From Andalucia godoyi And28 (taxonomy: Eukaryota > Protista > Jakobida), in assembly GCA_009859145.1 (NCBI GenBank), contig VRVR01000004.1:276934-340933 (forward strand): a DNA stretch of 64,000 bases, written 5' to 3'. Below, one piece after another: positions 28,269 to 39,900 of this stretch; the first letter of the stretch is position 1; every line of letters starts with the position of its first letter. The translations under genes and the position numbers were made by a program. The notes beneath the pieces were generated by a model. That model searched no databases, was not told the origin of the DNA, and saw only the letters and a program-made list of their open reading frames with translations.

Positions 28269-28639
28269 TTTTCGATCCGCCTCCTTTTATTCCGTGCGTG
28301 TCTATACGTATATATAAAAATGCGAAAATGTATGGATGTAGACCCGTGTGTGTGCACTCCTTCTTCGCTGCATAATCATTGTCAAACTTCTGGAAACAGA
28401 AGAAGAAGAAACGACGGATTTGTCTCCAATTCCCGCAAAACCGTTTGGCCCTTCCCTAGCATCAAGCAAAAAGCTAAGCTCAAAACGCCCTCCTTGCATC
28501 AAGCCTTGTTCATTTTGTTTTGCATTCCTTTCGCATTAAAAGAAAGGACTTTATTATTTTGATTCTGCATGTTTTCAAAGAATAAAAACCTAAACATCCT
28601 TAAATTGATTTAAGGAGAAACTCTTTGATTTCTTAAGAA

Positions 28640-28741
28640 ATGTTGCGAATTGCATTTTCAAGATTGGTGTCATCATCATCATCACCATCGGCTGCGGCAT
28701 CGTCGTCTGCTGCAGTTGCTGTGGCCAGTTCGAATGGAATG

Positions 28742-28787
<46 letters not shown>

Positions 28788-29053
28788 GTATTTCCTACAC
28801 GCATGTTGCGCATATTGATCCAGCTGCGCACATTGGAGGCCATCCATCCGAGCGAAAAGTGACGTTGGAAGTTCCTGTGCAAGCGCTGGGACTTTCAGCA
28901 CCACAGTTGGAAAAACTTGCATTGATTGCAGGACCTCGGATCTCAAGAGGCGTCTTGAAAATCACTGCTGAGCGGTTTTCTTCGATGCAGCAAAACAAGG
29001 AGTGGACCAAACAAACTCTCGATAACCTCCTGGAAGAAGTCAAGAAGCCATGA
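28640..29053 (+). CDS. Mitochondrial ribosomal protein mS35 (Rsm24)-like, short form
   Basis: Presequence-like MLRIAFSRLVSS. HPSERKVTLEV..LGLSAPQLEKLALIAGPR..LKITAERF..QNKEW..LDNLLEEVK matches the mS35 C-terminal core. Confidence 0.8.
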
Positions 29054-29912
29054 TGCCTTTCTTCTTTTCTTCCACCCGTCTTGCTGCCACCGTCAATTTC
29101 TTGGAATCTTGTTTGTAAAATGTGTCGTTTTTAAAAAAATTACATTGGTTCCAGTTAGTCTCGTAGCGCAAGCATATTACGAGGCGGAGTGTGTCGATCG
29201 TGTCGTACTTTAGAGTTTTAAAAAATGATAATAATATTAAAAATTAAATTTAGCGAATCCACAACGATTAAAAAAACAAAACAGACGGTAAATATGTTTC
29301 CAAATCATCAGTCTTGAAACAGAGAGTGTTCTACCGTTCTCCCCTCATCTTGCCAATCTTTCCTTTCATATTTTAATTACATTAAAAATTAAATTAAAAA
29401 AAAAAGGAAGAAGACATAACAAAAAGAGAAGGAAAGAATACGACTCTCAAAGATGAAGGGCTTCAAGCACGATAAAGACGATATTGGAGGTTGTGTTAAT
29501 GTCGCGTCGCTGTAACGCTGCAGTCGAACGAGAATGTCGAAGGAAGCTGACTAGGCTCACGCATTTTAAGAGAAAGCCACCAAAACGGCAGCGTAAGAAA
29601 AGAAAAAGGGGAAGAAGAAAAAAGAGGAAGATAATACAAACAAAATAAATGAGAAATAAATGAGAAAAGGCAAAGCAAGCAAATGCGCGACAGGTTTGAA
29701 AACTCCAGATAAAGGTCGACGTTCTTCAACGACCAAACAGGACAGTAGAAAAGAGTCTGCTTCGACGTTCCATATTCTGAAAATGAGCTCCTCTTGATGT
29801 TGATGGCCTGAATGCGAGAGCCCGGAGAGCGGATGTGCACAGTTTCACGCCCGCTGACAAGCACAAGTCACAGCGAATTTCCGATCAGCAGCAGATATTC
29901 CTCAAAGTGCAA

Positions 29913-31475
29913 ATGAAGAACGCGCCAATGATTGTGACGCGGTTTGCATGGCTGGTGCTGTGTATGCTGAGTGTTTCGGCAGTCCAGAAGGTGCGATGTG
30001 CGGCGGAGGATCCTGCGGATGTGATCCCAGAATGCGACTGGGTTGTTCGAGGAGGAAATATGCGTCGAACTCTTTCGTGCCGGTCTTCGCAACCTGCTTC
30101 TGCATTTAAATTCCAGTCACGTCCGTATCCCGACCCCAACATACCCTATGACCATCCGCTGTGCTCGAAGCAGTATCCCGACCCTGATTGTCCAGTGCAG
30201 TGTCGGAGCTACTACTCTGCGTCATGGCAATCGAGCACGATTGGCATATCTGGAGAGTTTATCCTGGTGGAATTGACTGTCAGTGGATACGGTTCTCCGG
30301 ACAAGACCAACTTCCAGGTGTATTCTGCACCGATTGTGCTGGGTTTCAACGGCTCCGTGATCACTTCGCTGACGGACTGGGGATACTATAACACATTCAC
30401 TTGGGCCGGGATCGTAATCCCGCAGCCCTTTCTTGATCGAAAGGGCAGACTTGTATGGGGCAGCGCATGGGTGCAGTCTGATGACGATCAGTTCACCGTC
30501 GTTGTACCCTCTGGATACAAACAACCTCCGTATGTGTGGACCATTGAAGACGACTACCCTCGCAAACGCTGGTTTGCTACACAGCCCAACATTGTCGGCG
30601 ACACTGTGCTCTACACGGACTCCCACACCTACCCATCTTACTCGGGGCCGCCACAAATGCGAGATCTGTCGACCGGAAAACAGTTGTTCACGGGCCAGAA
30701 CGCGACGGTCCCATTCGCCAATGGCTTAGAGTTTTTCAAAATCCGGCTGCCTGGCGCCCCGGAAGATATGATTCTTGCCACGTCCACTTCTCCCTACTCG
30801 ATTTCCGGATTCAGCATGGATCTCTCGCGTACACTCCTTACGTTCCGACTGCCGTGGATCTCTAACGGATGGCGGCTCATTGCCATCGACGACACTGTCG
30901 GCGTTCTGTACGCATGGTCCTACGGCCTAGCAGGCGGTGTGGATGCTCAGGTATTTGCAGTCGATCTGTCGAATGGAGCTGTGATGTGGAACCAGACATA
31001 TACTCCAAACGACTGGGACGGAGTCGAGTCGATGTTTGTGATTCCCGGATTTGGTCTCGTGACGATATCTGCGACAATCAGCTACTCCCCAGTTCCGAAG
31101 AACGTCGTACGAGTGTTTGCACTGAAAGACGGTGCCACACTGTGGACGCTTTCATCAGTTGATTTTGCATGGACGGGCGGAGCTGTCGGACTGTCTCACC
31201 GCAAGATTGCCATTCCTCGGTTAGGTCAGTCCAAGCCGTACACATCCATTGTGGACGGGGTGACCGGTAAGGAACTCATGCAGTGTCCAGGTCTTCCGTA
31301 TGCCGGCTCCGGATATGGCTACGCTCTGAGTTTGTCGGCGGTTGAAACTTCGGATGGGCTGACGGTGTTCCTATACACTACTCTCGTATATGATTCCCAG
31401 TCGGCATCGTACATCCCTCATTTGCAAGCCGTCACTTGCCAGATCCCATGGTCCACAATCGGTTCTACCGCATAA
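29913..31475 (+). CDS. Secreted protein with PQQ/BamB-like beta-propeller motifs
   Basis: Signal peptide MKNAPMIVTRFAWLVLCMLSVSA. Repeats RDLSTGKQLF, FAVDLSNGAVMWN, FALKDGATLWT, VDGVTGKELM. Confidence 0.65.
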   Translation: MKNAPMIVTRFAWLVLCMLSVSAVQKVRCAAEDPADVIPECDWVVRGGNMRRTLSCRSSQPASAFKFQSRPYPDPNIPYDHPLCSKQYPDPDCPVQCRSYYSASWQSSTIGISGEFILVELTVSGYGSPDKTNFQVYSAPIVLGFNGSVITSLTDWGYYNTFTWAGIVIPQPFLDRKGRLVWGSAWVQSDDDQFTVVVPSGYKQPPYVWTIEDDYPRKRWFATQPNIVGDTVLYTDSHTYPSYSGPPQMRDLSTGKQLFTGQNATVPFANGLEFFKIRLPGAPEDMILATSTSPYSISGFSMDLSRTLLTFRLPWISNGWRLIAIDDTVGVLYAWSYGLAGGVDAQVFAVDLSNGAVMWNQTYTPNDWDGVESMFVIPGFGLVTISATISYSPVPKNVVRVFALKDGATLWTLSSVDFAWTGGAVGLSHRKIAIPRLGQSKPYTSIVDGVTGKELMQCPGLPYAGSGYGYALSLSAVETSDGLTVFLYTTLVYDSQSASYIPHLQAVTCQIPWSTIGSTA

Positions 31476-31854
31476 TTAATTTGATTAATTAAAAAAAAAA
31501 GGGTAGTAAAAATGACGATGTTCCTCCGCCTCCCCCGTTCTTCGAGAAGTAGTGAGAATCACCGCCGTGATAAGTTGGCATCTGCTCTCTCACGTCTTTC
31601 CAGACGAGCCTGCAGTGTCGCAAACGGCTGCGTCTGCGGAAAAGTGCGGACGAACGTAAAACGCACCTCCTCGTTTTCATTTTCCCCTCTAGGCATGCCG
31701 TTCTTCAACTCCCGTTTCCAGTTTTATTTTATTTATTACTTTTTATTATATATATATATTGGTCCTTCTTTTTTGTCCTTCTGCCATTCTTTTTTCCGTT
31801 CTTATTCGAACAAAAAGGATTTTTCAAAAAACAAAAAGAGCAAACATAGCAAAA

Positions 31855-33891
31855 ATGTCCACTATCTCTGGAGATGATCCGTTGACTGCGACGTATTTCC
31901 CTGCTACGGAAGCGTCGGTGTCTGGTTATGTGTCTTCAATGGCCGAGTATGAACGGCTGCACAAAGAGTCGATTTGTTCTCCGTCGACGTTCTGGTCGAA
32001 GATTGCACAGACATTTCATTGGAAAACCCCGTTTTCCGCAGACAAGGTGTGCTCTGCGAATCTGGACATGAACAATGGACCCATTAAGATCCAGTGGTTT
32101 TATGATGGCGAGACAAACATCTGCTACAATGCAGTCGACCGACATGTTCTTGGTGGAAACGGTGACCGTCCTGCATTTCTGTTTGAGGGAAACGATACGT
32201 TCGAGTCGTACTCCATGACGTACGCGCAGGTGTATTCGCGCGTATGCAAATTCGCAAATGTGCTCAAGAAACATGGAGTGAAGAAGGGCGATCGTGTGAA
32301 TATTTACATGCCAATGGTTCCGGAGCTTGCGATTTCAATGCTTGCGTGTGCAAGAATTGGTGCGGTGCACTCTGTGATTTTTGGTGGGTTTTCTGCGGAT
32401 TCGGTGGCAGATCGCATTTTCGATGCTGAGTCCAAAGTCGTGATCACGGCAGATGGCACGATGCGTGGATCCAAGCACGTGCCTCTCAAGGCCGTCATTG
32501 ACCAGGCGATTTTGGAACGGTGTTCTTTTGTGGAAAAAGTCTTGGTGTGGCCGCGATTGGCAAGACCAGGTCACATGTGTCATTGCAACACGGTGCCGGC
32601 ACATCACTGGGTGGAATCGCGTGATTTTGATCTTGCGCTCGAGGAAGAATCCGTGTCGGATGAATGTCCTGTGGAATGGGTGGGTGCTGAAGAGCCGCTG
32701 TTTATGCTGTATACCTCGGGATCCACTGGAAAGCCAAAGGGCGTGGTGCATACAGTAGGCGGATACATGGTGGGAACCGCAACGACGTTCAAAATCGCGT
32801 TTGATTATCATGCAGATCGCAACGATGTGTACTGGTGCACTGCCGACTGCGGATGGATCACTGGACATTCGTATGTTTGCTATGGACCGATGCTGAACTG
32901 TGCAACACAGGTCATTTTCGAAGGCATTCCGACGCACCCGACCCCGCATCGAAACTGGGAGATCATCGAGAAACACAAGGTGACGCATTTTTACACGGCA
33001 CCGACTGCCATTCGGTCGCTCATGCGCCTCGGAGACTCATTCCCCAAGCGACATAATATGAAGTCGCTCAAGGTTCTCGGATCTGTTGGGGAACCGATCA
33101 ACCCTGCTGCATGGGTTTGGTACCACAACGTCATTGGCGGCGGAAGGTGCCCCGTTGTGGATACGTATTGGCAGACGGAGACTGGTTCGTTTGTCTTGAC
33201 TCCGATTGCGTCCGCGACTCCGCTGAAGCCCGGCTCCGCGACTCTCCCATTTTTTGGCATTCAGGCCGTCGTGCTTGATGAAAAGGGTGCGGAAATGGAA
33301 GGAGAGTGCGATAACGGATACTTGTGTTTGAAGGGCGCGTGGCCATCGATGATGCGAACCGTGTGGGGAGATCATGCCCGCTTTGAACGCACATATTTTG
33401 AAACATTCAAGGGGTATTACCTTACCGGCGACGGATGCAAGAGAGACAAGGATGGCTACATCACGGTCACGGGGCGCATTGATGACTGTATGAACGTTTC
33501 GGGCCATCGAATTGGGTCTCAGGAAATTGAGTCGGTTCTTGTGTCGCATCCTGCGATTGCCGAGGCTGCCGTGGTTCCTCGGGAACATAACATCAAGGGC
33601 CAGTGCATCTACGCCTATGTAACTCCTAAACAAGGCTTTGAATTCAACGATCATCTGAAGCGCGAACTGAACAGTCTGGTCCGAACTGTTATTGGTCCTT
33701 TTGCTACCCCAGATTTCATCCACGATGCGTCCTGTGGGCTTGTAAAGACTCGTTCTGGAAAGGTGGTTCGCCGCATTCTCCGGAAGATCGCAAATCACGA
33801 AGAAGCTTCTGGTCTCGGTGATACCAGCACTCTTGCTGAGCCAGCAGTGGTGGAAGAACTGATCAAGAGCCGGCCGACTACTCGTCTCTAA
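31855..33891 (+). CDS. ACS: AMP-forming acetyl-CoA synthetase
   Basis: LYTSGSTGKPKGVVH, WCTADCGWITGHSY, VGEPINP, VDTYWQTETG, GRIDDCMNVSGHRIG, KTRSGKVVRRILRKI. First ATG is at 31855. Confidence 0.97.
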   Translation: MSTISGDDPLTATYFPATEASVSGYVSSMAEYERLHKESICSPSTFWSKIAQTFHWKTPFSADKVCSANLDMNNGPIKIQWFYDGETNICYNAVDRHVLGGNGDRPAFLFEGNDTFESYSMTYAQVYSRVCKFANVLKKHGVKKGDRVNIYMPMVPELAISMLACARIGAVHSVIFGGFSADSVADRIFDAESKVVITADGTMRGSKHVPLKAVIDQAILERCSFVEKVLVWPRLARPGHMCHCNTVPAHHWVESRDFDLALEEESVSDECPVEWVGAEEPLFMLYTSGSTGKPKGVVHTVGGYMVGTATTFKIAFDYHADRNDVYWCTADCGWITGHSYVCYGPMLNCATQVIFEGIPTHPTPHRNWEIIEKHKVTHFYTAPTAIRSLMRLGDSFPKRHNMKSLKVLGSVGEPINPAAWVWYHNVIGGGRCPVVDTYWQTETGSFVLTPIASATPLKPGSATLPFFGIQAVVLDEKGAEMEGECDNGYLCLKGAWPSMMRTVWGDHARFERTYFETFKGYYLTGDGCKRDKDGYITVTGRIDDCMNVSGHRIGSQEIESVLVSHPAIAEAAVVPREHNIKGQCIYAYVTPKQGFEFNDHLKRELNSLVRTVIGPFATPDFIHDASCGLVKTRSGKVVRRILRKIANHEEASGLGDTSTLAEPAVVEELIKSRPTTRL

Positions 33892-34252
33892 AAACAGCGT
33901 CTTTGGCTGTTTCATTTCGATTTCGATTTCAACCACATTCAATCCCGCTTCATTGTTTGTTTTGTGTTAGTCTCCCTTTCGCGCTCTTCATAGCGATGTG
34001 GTTTTTGCATTAAAAAGGTAAAGATAAGACAAGAAAAGTCGTGCTCACATCCCTTCACTCTTCATGCTTTGTTTGCCGATCTTCTGTAGTAAACTGAGAT
34101 AACCTGTGGCACCCTTTGTCGGAATTCTGTGAATCGTTTTTTTAATTAAAAAAATGGCAGCGCCATTGCATAGTGCCCATTCTGTTTTGCGCTGAGCACA
34201 AAGAGAGGTCGTGGCGGAATTCCATTTTTGGAGCATTGGAGCGTTTGCGGGA

Positions 34253-34651
34253 ATGTCGGAACGAAGTAAACTGAGTACTGCAAAGAATATTTTCAAGTAT
34301 TTCATCAGTCCTATTATTATCGGGTACGGTATGTCTGTCTGATATTTTAAACATCCTGTCGATTACGCACAGTTTCTTGCGGCCCGGCGCCCCGATGTGC
34401 TGACCCTAGTTTTGTCTTGTGCTTCTTTTTTCTTTCTCTTCTTCTCTCCCTTCTTATTTTGATTGTTCGACCCCACAGTGATTATGAAAGGGACCAATCT
34501 GATTTCGCCCCAGAAGATTGAAGGTGCTTCCGAGTATTCGCGGAACGTGTCCAGACACAACAAGGAGGCCTTGCAGACTGTTCTGACCGATATCAAAACT
34601 CGACTCGACGATGAAAAGGAAAAGAAGAACAGGCCAACAGCAAGTGTTTAA
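34253..34651 (+). CDS. Two-exon 82-aa single-pass membrane microprotein
   Basis: join(34253..34328,34479..34651). Intron GTATGT...CACAG in phase 1 gives MSERSKLSTAKNIFKYFISPIIIGYVIMKGTNLISPQKIEGASEYSRNVSRHNKEALQTVLTDIKTRLDDEKEKKNRPTASV. Confidence 0.7.
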
Positions 34652-35147
34652 AAACCAACCACGTTCTTCCTCTGAGAGATTGAGAAGCCAAGGAAAAAAA
34701 AAGGGTCATTAATTTTATGTATAGCGCATTGTAAGGAATAAGAAAAGATGAATACATTTCTAGGATATAAATCTCGGGAAAGAAATCGGGAAAGAAAAAA
34801 GAAAAGAACAGAGCACACCCCCCTCTGAGTAAATCGTTAAAACGTCTCGACAGAATTCGCAAATGAATATCTTCAAAACAGATCACAAGAACCATGCACG
34901 GACTCCCTCCCCCATCCGAGAAGGCAGTTTGCTATCATGCGACAACGAAGAACAAGGGAAACCATCACAAACCAACCAAAAACCATTGCAGACATCACCA
35001 CACATACACGCACCGAAAACCACAAACACGCAAAACAACAGAAGAGAAAGAACGGCCAACAGCGAGAAAACAGATCAAAGAAGTCTACTAAAATTTAAAA
35101 AACCGAACAAACACGGTAACGAGGAATAGAGACCGTCTCGAGTCTCA

Positions 35148-36677
35148 TTAGACAAACATGACATCCAGATCATCATCATCTGGCGTCTCATCGATGTCTA
35201 GCGGCTTTCCGTCCACTGCATACACACCGGGATCTTCCGTGTCAAGCGTATTTTTCGCAGCAAACACAGTCATGTCGTCCGTGGCACACTGCATCTGATG
35301 AGACGCAAAGTTACACTGGATAACGGTAGCTTCCCGACATAAACTGGCGGCCGGTACCAAGACCACGTCACTAGGCACCTGCGCATCGTATGAATAGAGC
35401 AATTTCGCGGCTGCAAAAACAAAAACTTTGACCGACGACACAGACCGCTTGGCAAGAAATGAAAAAACAGTGCCGTCTGGAATTCCCTTTGATGGGCCGT
35501 TTCCGACAAGTTCGATATTGGCAGGGATTGGGATACGCGACCATTTCCCACTGATTTGCACCATGTTTCCTGACGAATGGATGCCAAACGCATGAGCCTG
35601 CTTCCCAACTGCATCTGGACCAGCAAGGAGAGCATCCTCGTCGTTGTTGACCGCAAGGCCCATCGAAAGCGATGCTCGCAAGTCCATTTTTGATAGCAAA
35701 ATGCACTCCCAGTATACCCATTTGCCCTCCGGAAGAGCACAGTTTGCAGAAACCGAGGAATACTGAACATCAGACTCCTGCTTCGTGGCAACGCATCGTG
35801 TCTTTGGAGCGATCTTCACGTCTTTTGCGCTTGTCACTAAATGCACATTCATTTCTTTTGAGGCCGACTGGGCAGCTTCATCCGCCAGCTGAACCGAAGC
35901 AAGGGTCAGGCACTTTTCTACGAAAAATGACAGTGAGCCAGCATAGAGCCCGTCCATCGACGATATGCGTGGAATCGAATACTGTCCAGGTCCAGTGGAC
36001 GACGGACTCGGGCTCACGTTGGAAAACCCGTTTGCAGATCCATGATGTGTCTGGAAAGCAGTTTGAGACCCACTCCGCTCGAGTCCAGGATGACAGGCCG
36101 AGCACGACTGCTGATAGTTCGCATTTGGCGAAACCGAGGATCCAGAAAACGTCGAGTTGAACTGGGAAATCCCATTCCCATTCCCATTTGCATTCCCATT
36201 TGCATTAGCATTAGAGCACGACGTCGACCCGCCAGTGTTAATGGAAAGGATCAGTGACGACGACGAAGACGAATTGGAAAGCGTTGTCGGGGACGAAAAC
36301 GATGATGAAGACGGATTGTTGCTGTGCAGGTGGTTGCTGCCATTAACCGAGCCTGCGCCTAAGCCCGCACTCGTCGTGCTGCTTGATGAGGAGGAAAACG
36401 AAGAATAAGACGAAGGAGGTGGAGAGGTCGCAAAGGAGCTAGTAGAATTGCTGTGGAACTGTGCTCGAGAAGACGCACGCGGGCGGACCGTCACGAAAAA
36501 CGGAGTAGCGTCAATCTTCGTATGTGATTGAAGAGGAGGCGACGACGGCGACGACGAAAGAACGGAAGCTGAGGGAGAAGAAGGCTCCGAGTGTGAAATC
36601 GTGTTGTATCGAATCACTTCAGCTTCAGCACGACGACGCAGCATATGAGAATATGCAATGGAATGAGTCACGTCCAT
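35148..36677 (-). CDS. Ser-rich protein with C-terminal SPRY/B30.2-like domain
   Basis: VYWECILL..SLSMGLA..VGKQAHAFGIHSSG..GTVFSF..LVPAASL..IQCNF. First ATG after the (TG)n run is at 36677. Confidence 0.75.
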   Translation of the reverse strand: MDVTHSIAYSHMLRRRAEAEVIRYNTISHSEPSSPSASVLSSSPSSPPLQSHTKIDATPFFVTVRPRASSRAQFHSNSTSSFATSPPPSSYSSFSSSSSSTTSAGLGAGSVNGSNHLHSNNPSSSSFSSPTTLSNSSSSSSLILSINTGGSTSCSNANANGNANGNGNGISQFNSTFSGSSVSPNANYQQSCSACHPGLERSGSQTAFQTHHGSANGFSNVSPSPSSTGPGQYSIPRISSMDGLYAGSLSFFVEKCLTLASVQLADEAAQSASKEMNVHLVTSAKDVKIAPKTRCVATKQESDVQYSSVSANCALPEGKWVYWECILLSKMDLRASLSMGLAVNNDEDALLAGPDAVGKQAHAFGIHSSGNMVQISGKWSRIPIPANIELVGNGPSKGIPDGTVFSFLAKRSVSSVKVFVFAAAKLLYSYDAQVPSDVVLVPAASLCREATVIQCNFASHQMQCATDDMTVFAAKNTLDTEDPGVYAVDGKPLDIDETPDDDDLDVMFV

Positions 36678-36701
36678 CTTTCTTATTGAACAGGAAGACA
36701 G

Positions 36702-36702
<1 letters not shown>

Positions 36703-36770
<68 letters not shown>
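36703..36770. repeat. Compound (CA)n(GA)n microsatellite
   Basis: Directly visible between divergent genes. Confidence 0.9.
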
Positions 36771-36774
<4 letters not shown>

Positions 36775-36963
36775 GAGAGCTCAACAGATACGTTCTTCCG
36801 CCTTCCTTTTCTTCCGATCTACGGAAAGAACAAAAAAGAAAGAAAGAAAGAAAAGAGCATCTAACATCTGAGAATAAACTGGGCGATCACTTGAACGGAG
36901 AAACCGCGGCAGCCAAAGTAGTTTGGAAAAGTCCTTCGACGAGACTGTGGAGCGGGAAACGGA

Positions 36964-39900
36964 ATGTCTGTGACATCGTCGGCGTTCCAGACTGAAGTGG
37001 TGTCGAAACTCAACAAGAATCCATGCATAACAGTTCTGGTGGTACAATGTGAACACGATCAAGAATGCGAAACGGCGCTTCAAGAGCTGTCACTTACTTC
37101 CGACATGCTGAGCAATCGACGGTTTCCGACTTGGAAATGCCTCATCAACCCGAGTCTCGCTTGTGTTTCTTCCTCAGGACCCGATGCGGTTCCGTACGAT
37201 GGAACTCGATATTCTCCGTCGCGGCGACACTCTCCGACCTCCTCTACAGCCTCCACGAATGGCCAGCGGCCGTCGCCAACACTCCTTGTTCACCCCGGAA
37301 AACAACGCAAAATCTGCGGCGTCGATGTCTCAAGAGTCGACATTACCGTCAAGGCATCCGAACTGTTTGTACTGGTACAGCTTGAACAGGCATTCTTGAG
37401 CCACGTTGGAATCTTCCAGGTCTCTGGAGTCTCGTGCCTGGCACACATCCAACTCATTGCTGTTCTCTCTGAGGGTGCTGCAATGTTGGATCCGCCACCA
37501 CTGATTGTGGTCTCTACGGCATCCTCGATCTGCGTTGAGCATCTTTCGCAGCTTCAAGGCGCGGATGTTGTCCGGTTTTCTCAGCCACCATTGGTGGAAT
37601 TGCATCCATCGATTGCTCCTTCAATCAAACGAAGAACACCCTCTCCATTGTCGGCTTCCTCCTTCTCACTGGACTTGCTGACGTACGCCAAATCACTGTC
37701 GGGCATGAGATCACTTGTAGCGAGAAGCCCTGCAAAATCAGAAGTTGACATCCTCATTTGGCTGTCGCTGGTGGAGCGATTTGTGCAAATGTTCCCAAAT
37801 GCGCAGCTCAGTGATACCTTGGCTCCCAGTTACTTTGGATCAGCCGTGGCAACTTCCTCCAGCGTGCTTCGAACTCCATACCTTCTTGCGGCGTTCTCGC
37901 AATATGCCTTCTTTTGCATGTACGACACTGTTCTCGATTTCCAGGCTTGGGGCAAACAACCCATGGGCGCCGAGCATTCTCACTTTTCCATACTCGACTG
38001 GACGGACGGTCATGTCAATCTCAAGACATACGCAGCTACCGGTCGTTCTGCTGCCGTCGATCCGCTGCACATCAGCCTGCAGACAAGCTTTTCGTGGTCT
38101 CTACCAAATGCCTCTATTGTGCAAGGGTCGGCTCTGTCGCAGTCGTTGTGCCTGATTCGCTGCGGAGTGCAAGATGCATTGTTCATTGTCGACGGTTCAA
38201 AGTCTCGCGATTCGACCGTTGCGATCGAGTGTCTCTTGCTCAACTGCTTTGATTTGCTGAGGGTAGCTGAAGATTCGTGGGTCGCCTTGTGCAGTCCTCG
38301 ACACATGCCTAGAATTTATTCGATTGGAAATCACAATGGACAATTCCAAACCATCGAAGTGCACGGCAGCCCGACGTCCGTCGTTTCGTATCGTCTCGTT
38401 GACAACTATATTATCTTCAAAAGCTGGGTCTCGAAAGAACGTGTCGACTTTCGTTCATGCGGCTCTATGGAATCTCTCGAAGTGGATGACCAAACATCTG
38501 CATCAAGCGACACGAATGAAGATGACATGGAAGCTCCGTCGAGCACTTGTTGTTGGCACATTCTCTTGTTGCCATCGTTTCTGACCTCTCTTGGATACTC
38601 GGCAGCGAAATGGTTCAAACTGTCCGGAAGAACTCCGCGAGACGAGGATGAATTTTCAGACTGTGTCATCAACGGCTGTGATGTGCAGATACGATGCTGG
38701 GGACATCACTTTTGCGTAGCTTTCAGTGAGTCTGTATTTGTTGGAACGTATTCCGCCAATCACGACGAGTATCGCTGTTCCCGAGTCAGTAATTTTGTTC
38801 GGGAGTGTCTCTTGCTTGACGATGGCCATGTGCTTCAATGGGAAAAGCATCCTGCAATATGGAGCATGCATTCTGTCGACATTTCTGATTCTGGGAAAAT
38901 AACCGTTCAAAGAGTCGTCCGATCACACGATGTGTTCATGGTTGATCAGCTGTGCAGTCTGCAGAATCCTCGGAGCATCGGGGGCAATTCGTGGTGCGCA
39001 ATCGACGGTGACGACCAAGTTTTGCGGCTGATTCGCGTGAACAGCGATCGAATGCTGGAGACTGCGTCGTATCCGTTGACAAATTACGCCATTCGCGATC
39101 CGTGGTTGGATGCAAAGGTGTCCCTGATCGGATCTTTGCTATCTGTGCAGACTACTTCAACAATTTCTGTTATTCAGGTCAGTTGGAGCACGTCTCCCGC
39201 ATCTGTGGTGAACATTCCTTCGAAACTGCATCCTTGTGCATTCTCATTTGCACTCGGTCCGCAGTATGGCCACAAAACCCTCTCGATGGACTGCTGGACA
39301 AACTGGTGCCTCTTCGACGAGCACGGAAATCTTCTGGACAAGGGTACCGTCGCTTCTGATTATGAAGCTCATTCTTGCACCCTAGTAGACGATCACATGT
39401 TCATGGTCGGTGAGGCAGGTCGAAGATGGCTCCAGCTCGAATCGGGAGGGCATCCGCCGCACTCTGCAACTTCAGCCTTCGTTGCCGATGCCATTCAATG
39501 CGAACTCAATGTGTGCGATGCGTTTCCCGATGGTCGAGCGTTGATGTCGTCCAACCCAAGCTTGAATCCACACAGATTGCTCGTGTGCGATACGTTGACA
39601 TCCATGCAATCAGCAGTCGGCAGTCTGTACAGCCATGCCACGGAGTCCACGTTGTACATTTACAGTGCGGCATTCTGGATTAACGATTCGGAAGCGGTCA
39701 CGATACGGTGTCCCTGCGATTCGGAGACCACTTCTTCGGAAATTGTGGTTTGGAGAGTGTCTGGGAAACAGGTTGACAGGATTCACACGATGTTTTGTCC
39801 GTTGCTTCTGGTTCGCGACTGCTTCCGAATTGGAGGTGACATGCTGTTTCTCGGAGACGAATACTGTTTTCTCTGGAAGAATCCTTCTCAGATATCGTGC

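Noticed and set aside
29440-29864. 122-aa minus-strand ORF or spliced gene between mS35 and the secreted protein
   Set aside because: The middle is a low-complexity pyrimidine tract, no consensus donor was found, and there is no motif.
33037-33942. 301-aa antisense ORF over ACS (also 21361-22143, 55448-56233, 59398-60009 and similar)
   Set aside because: These are shadow ORFs opposite well-supported genes and contain no independent motifs.
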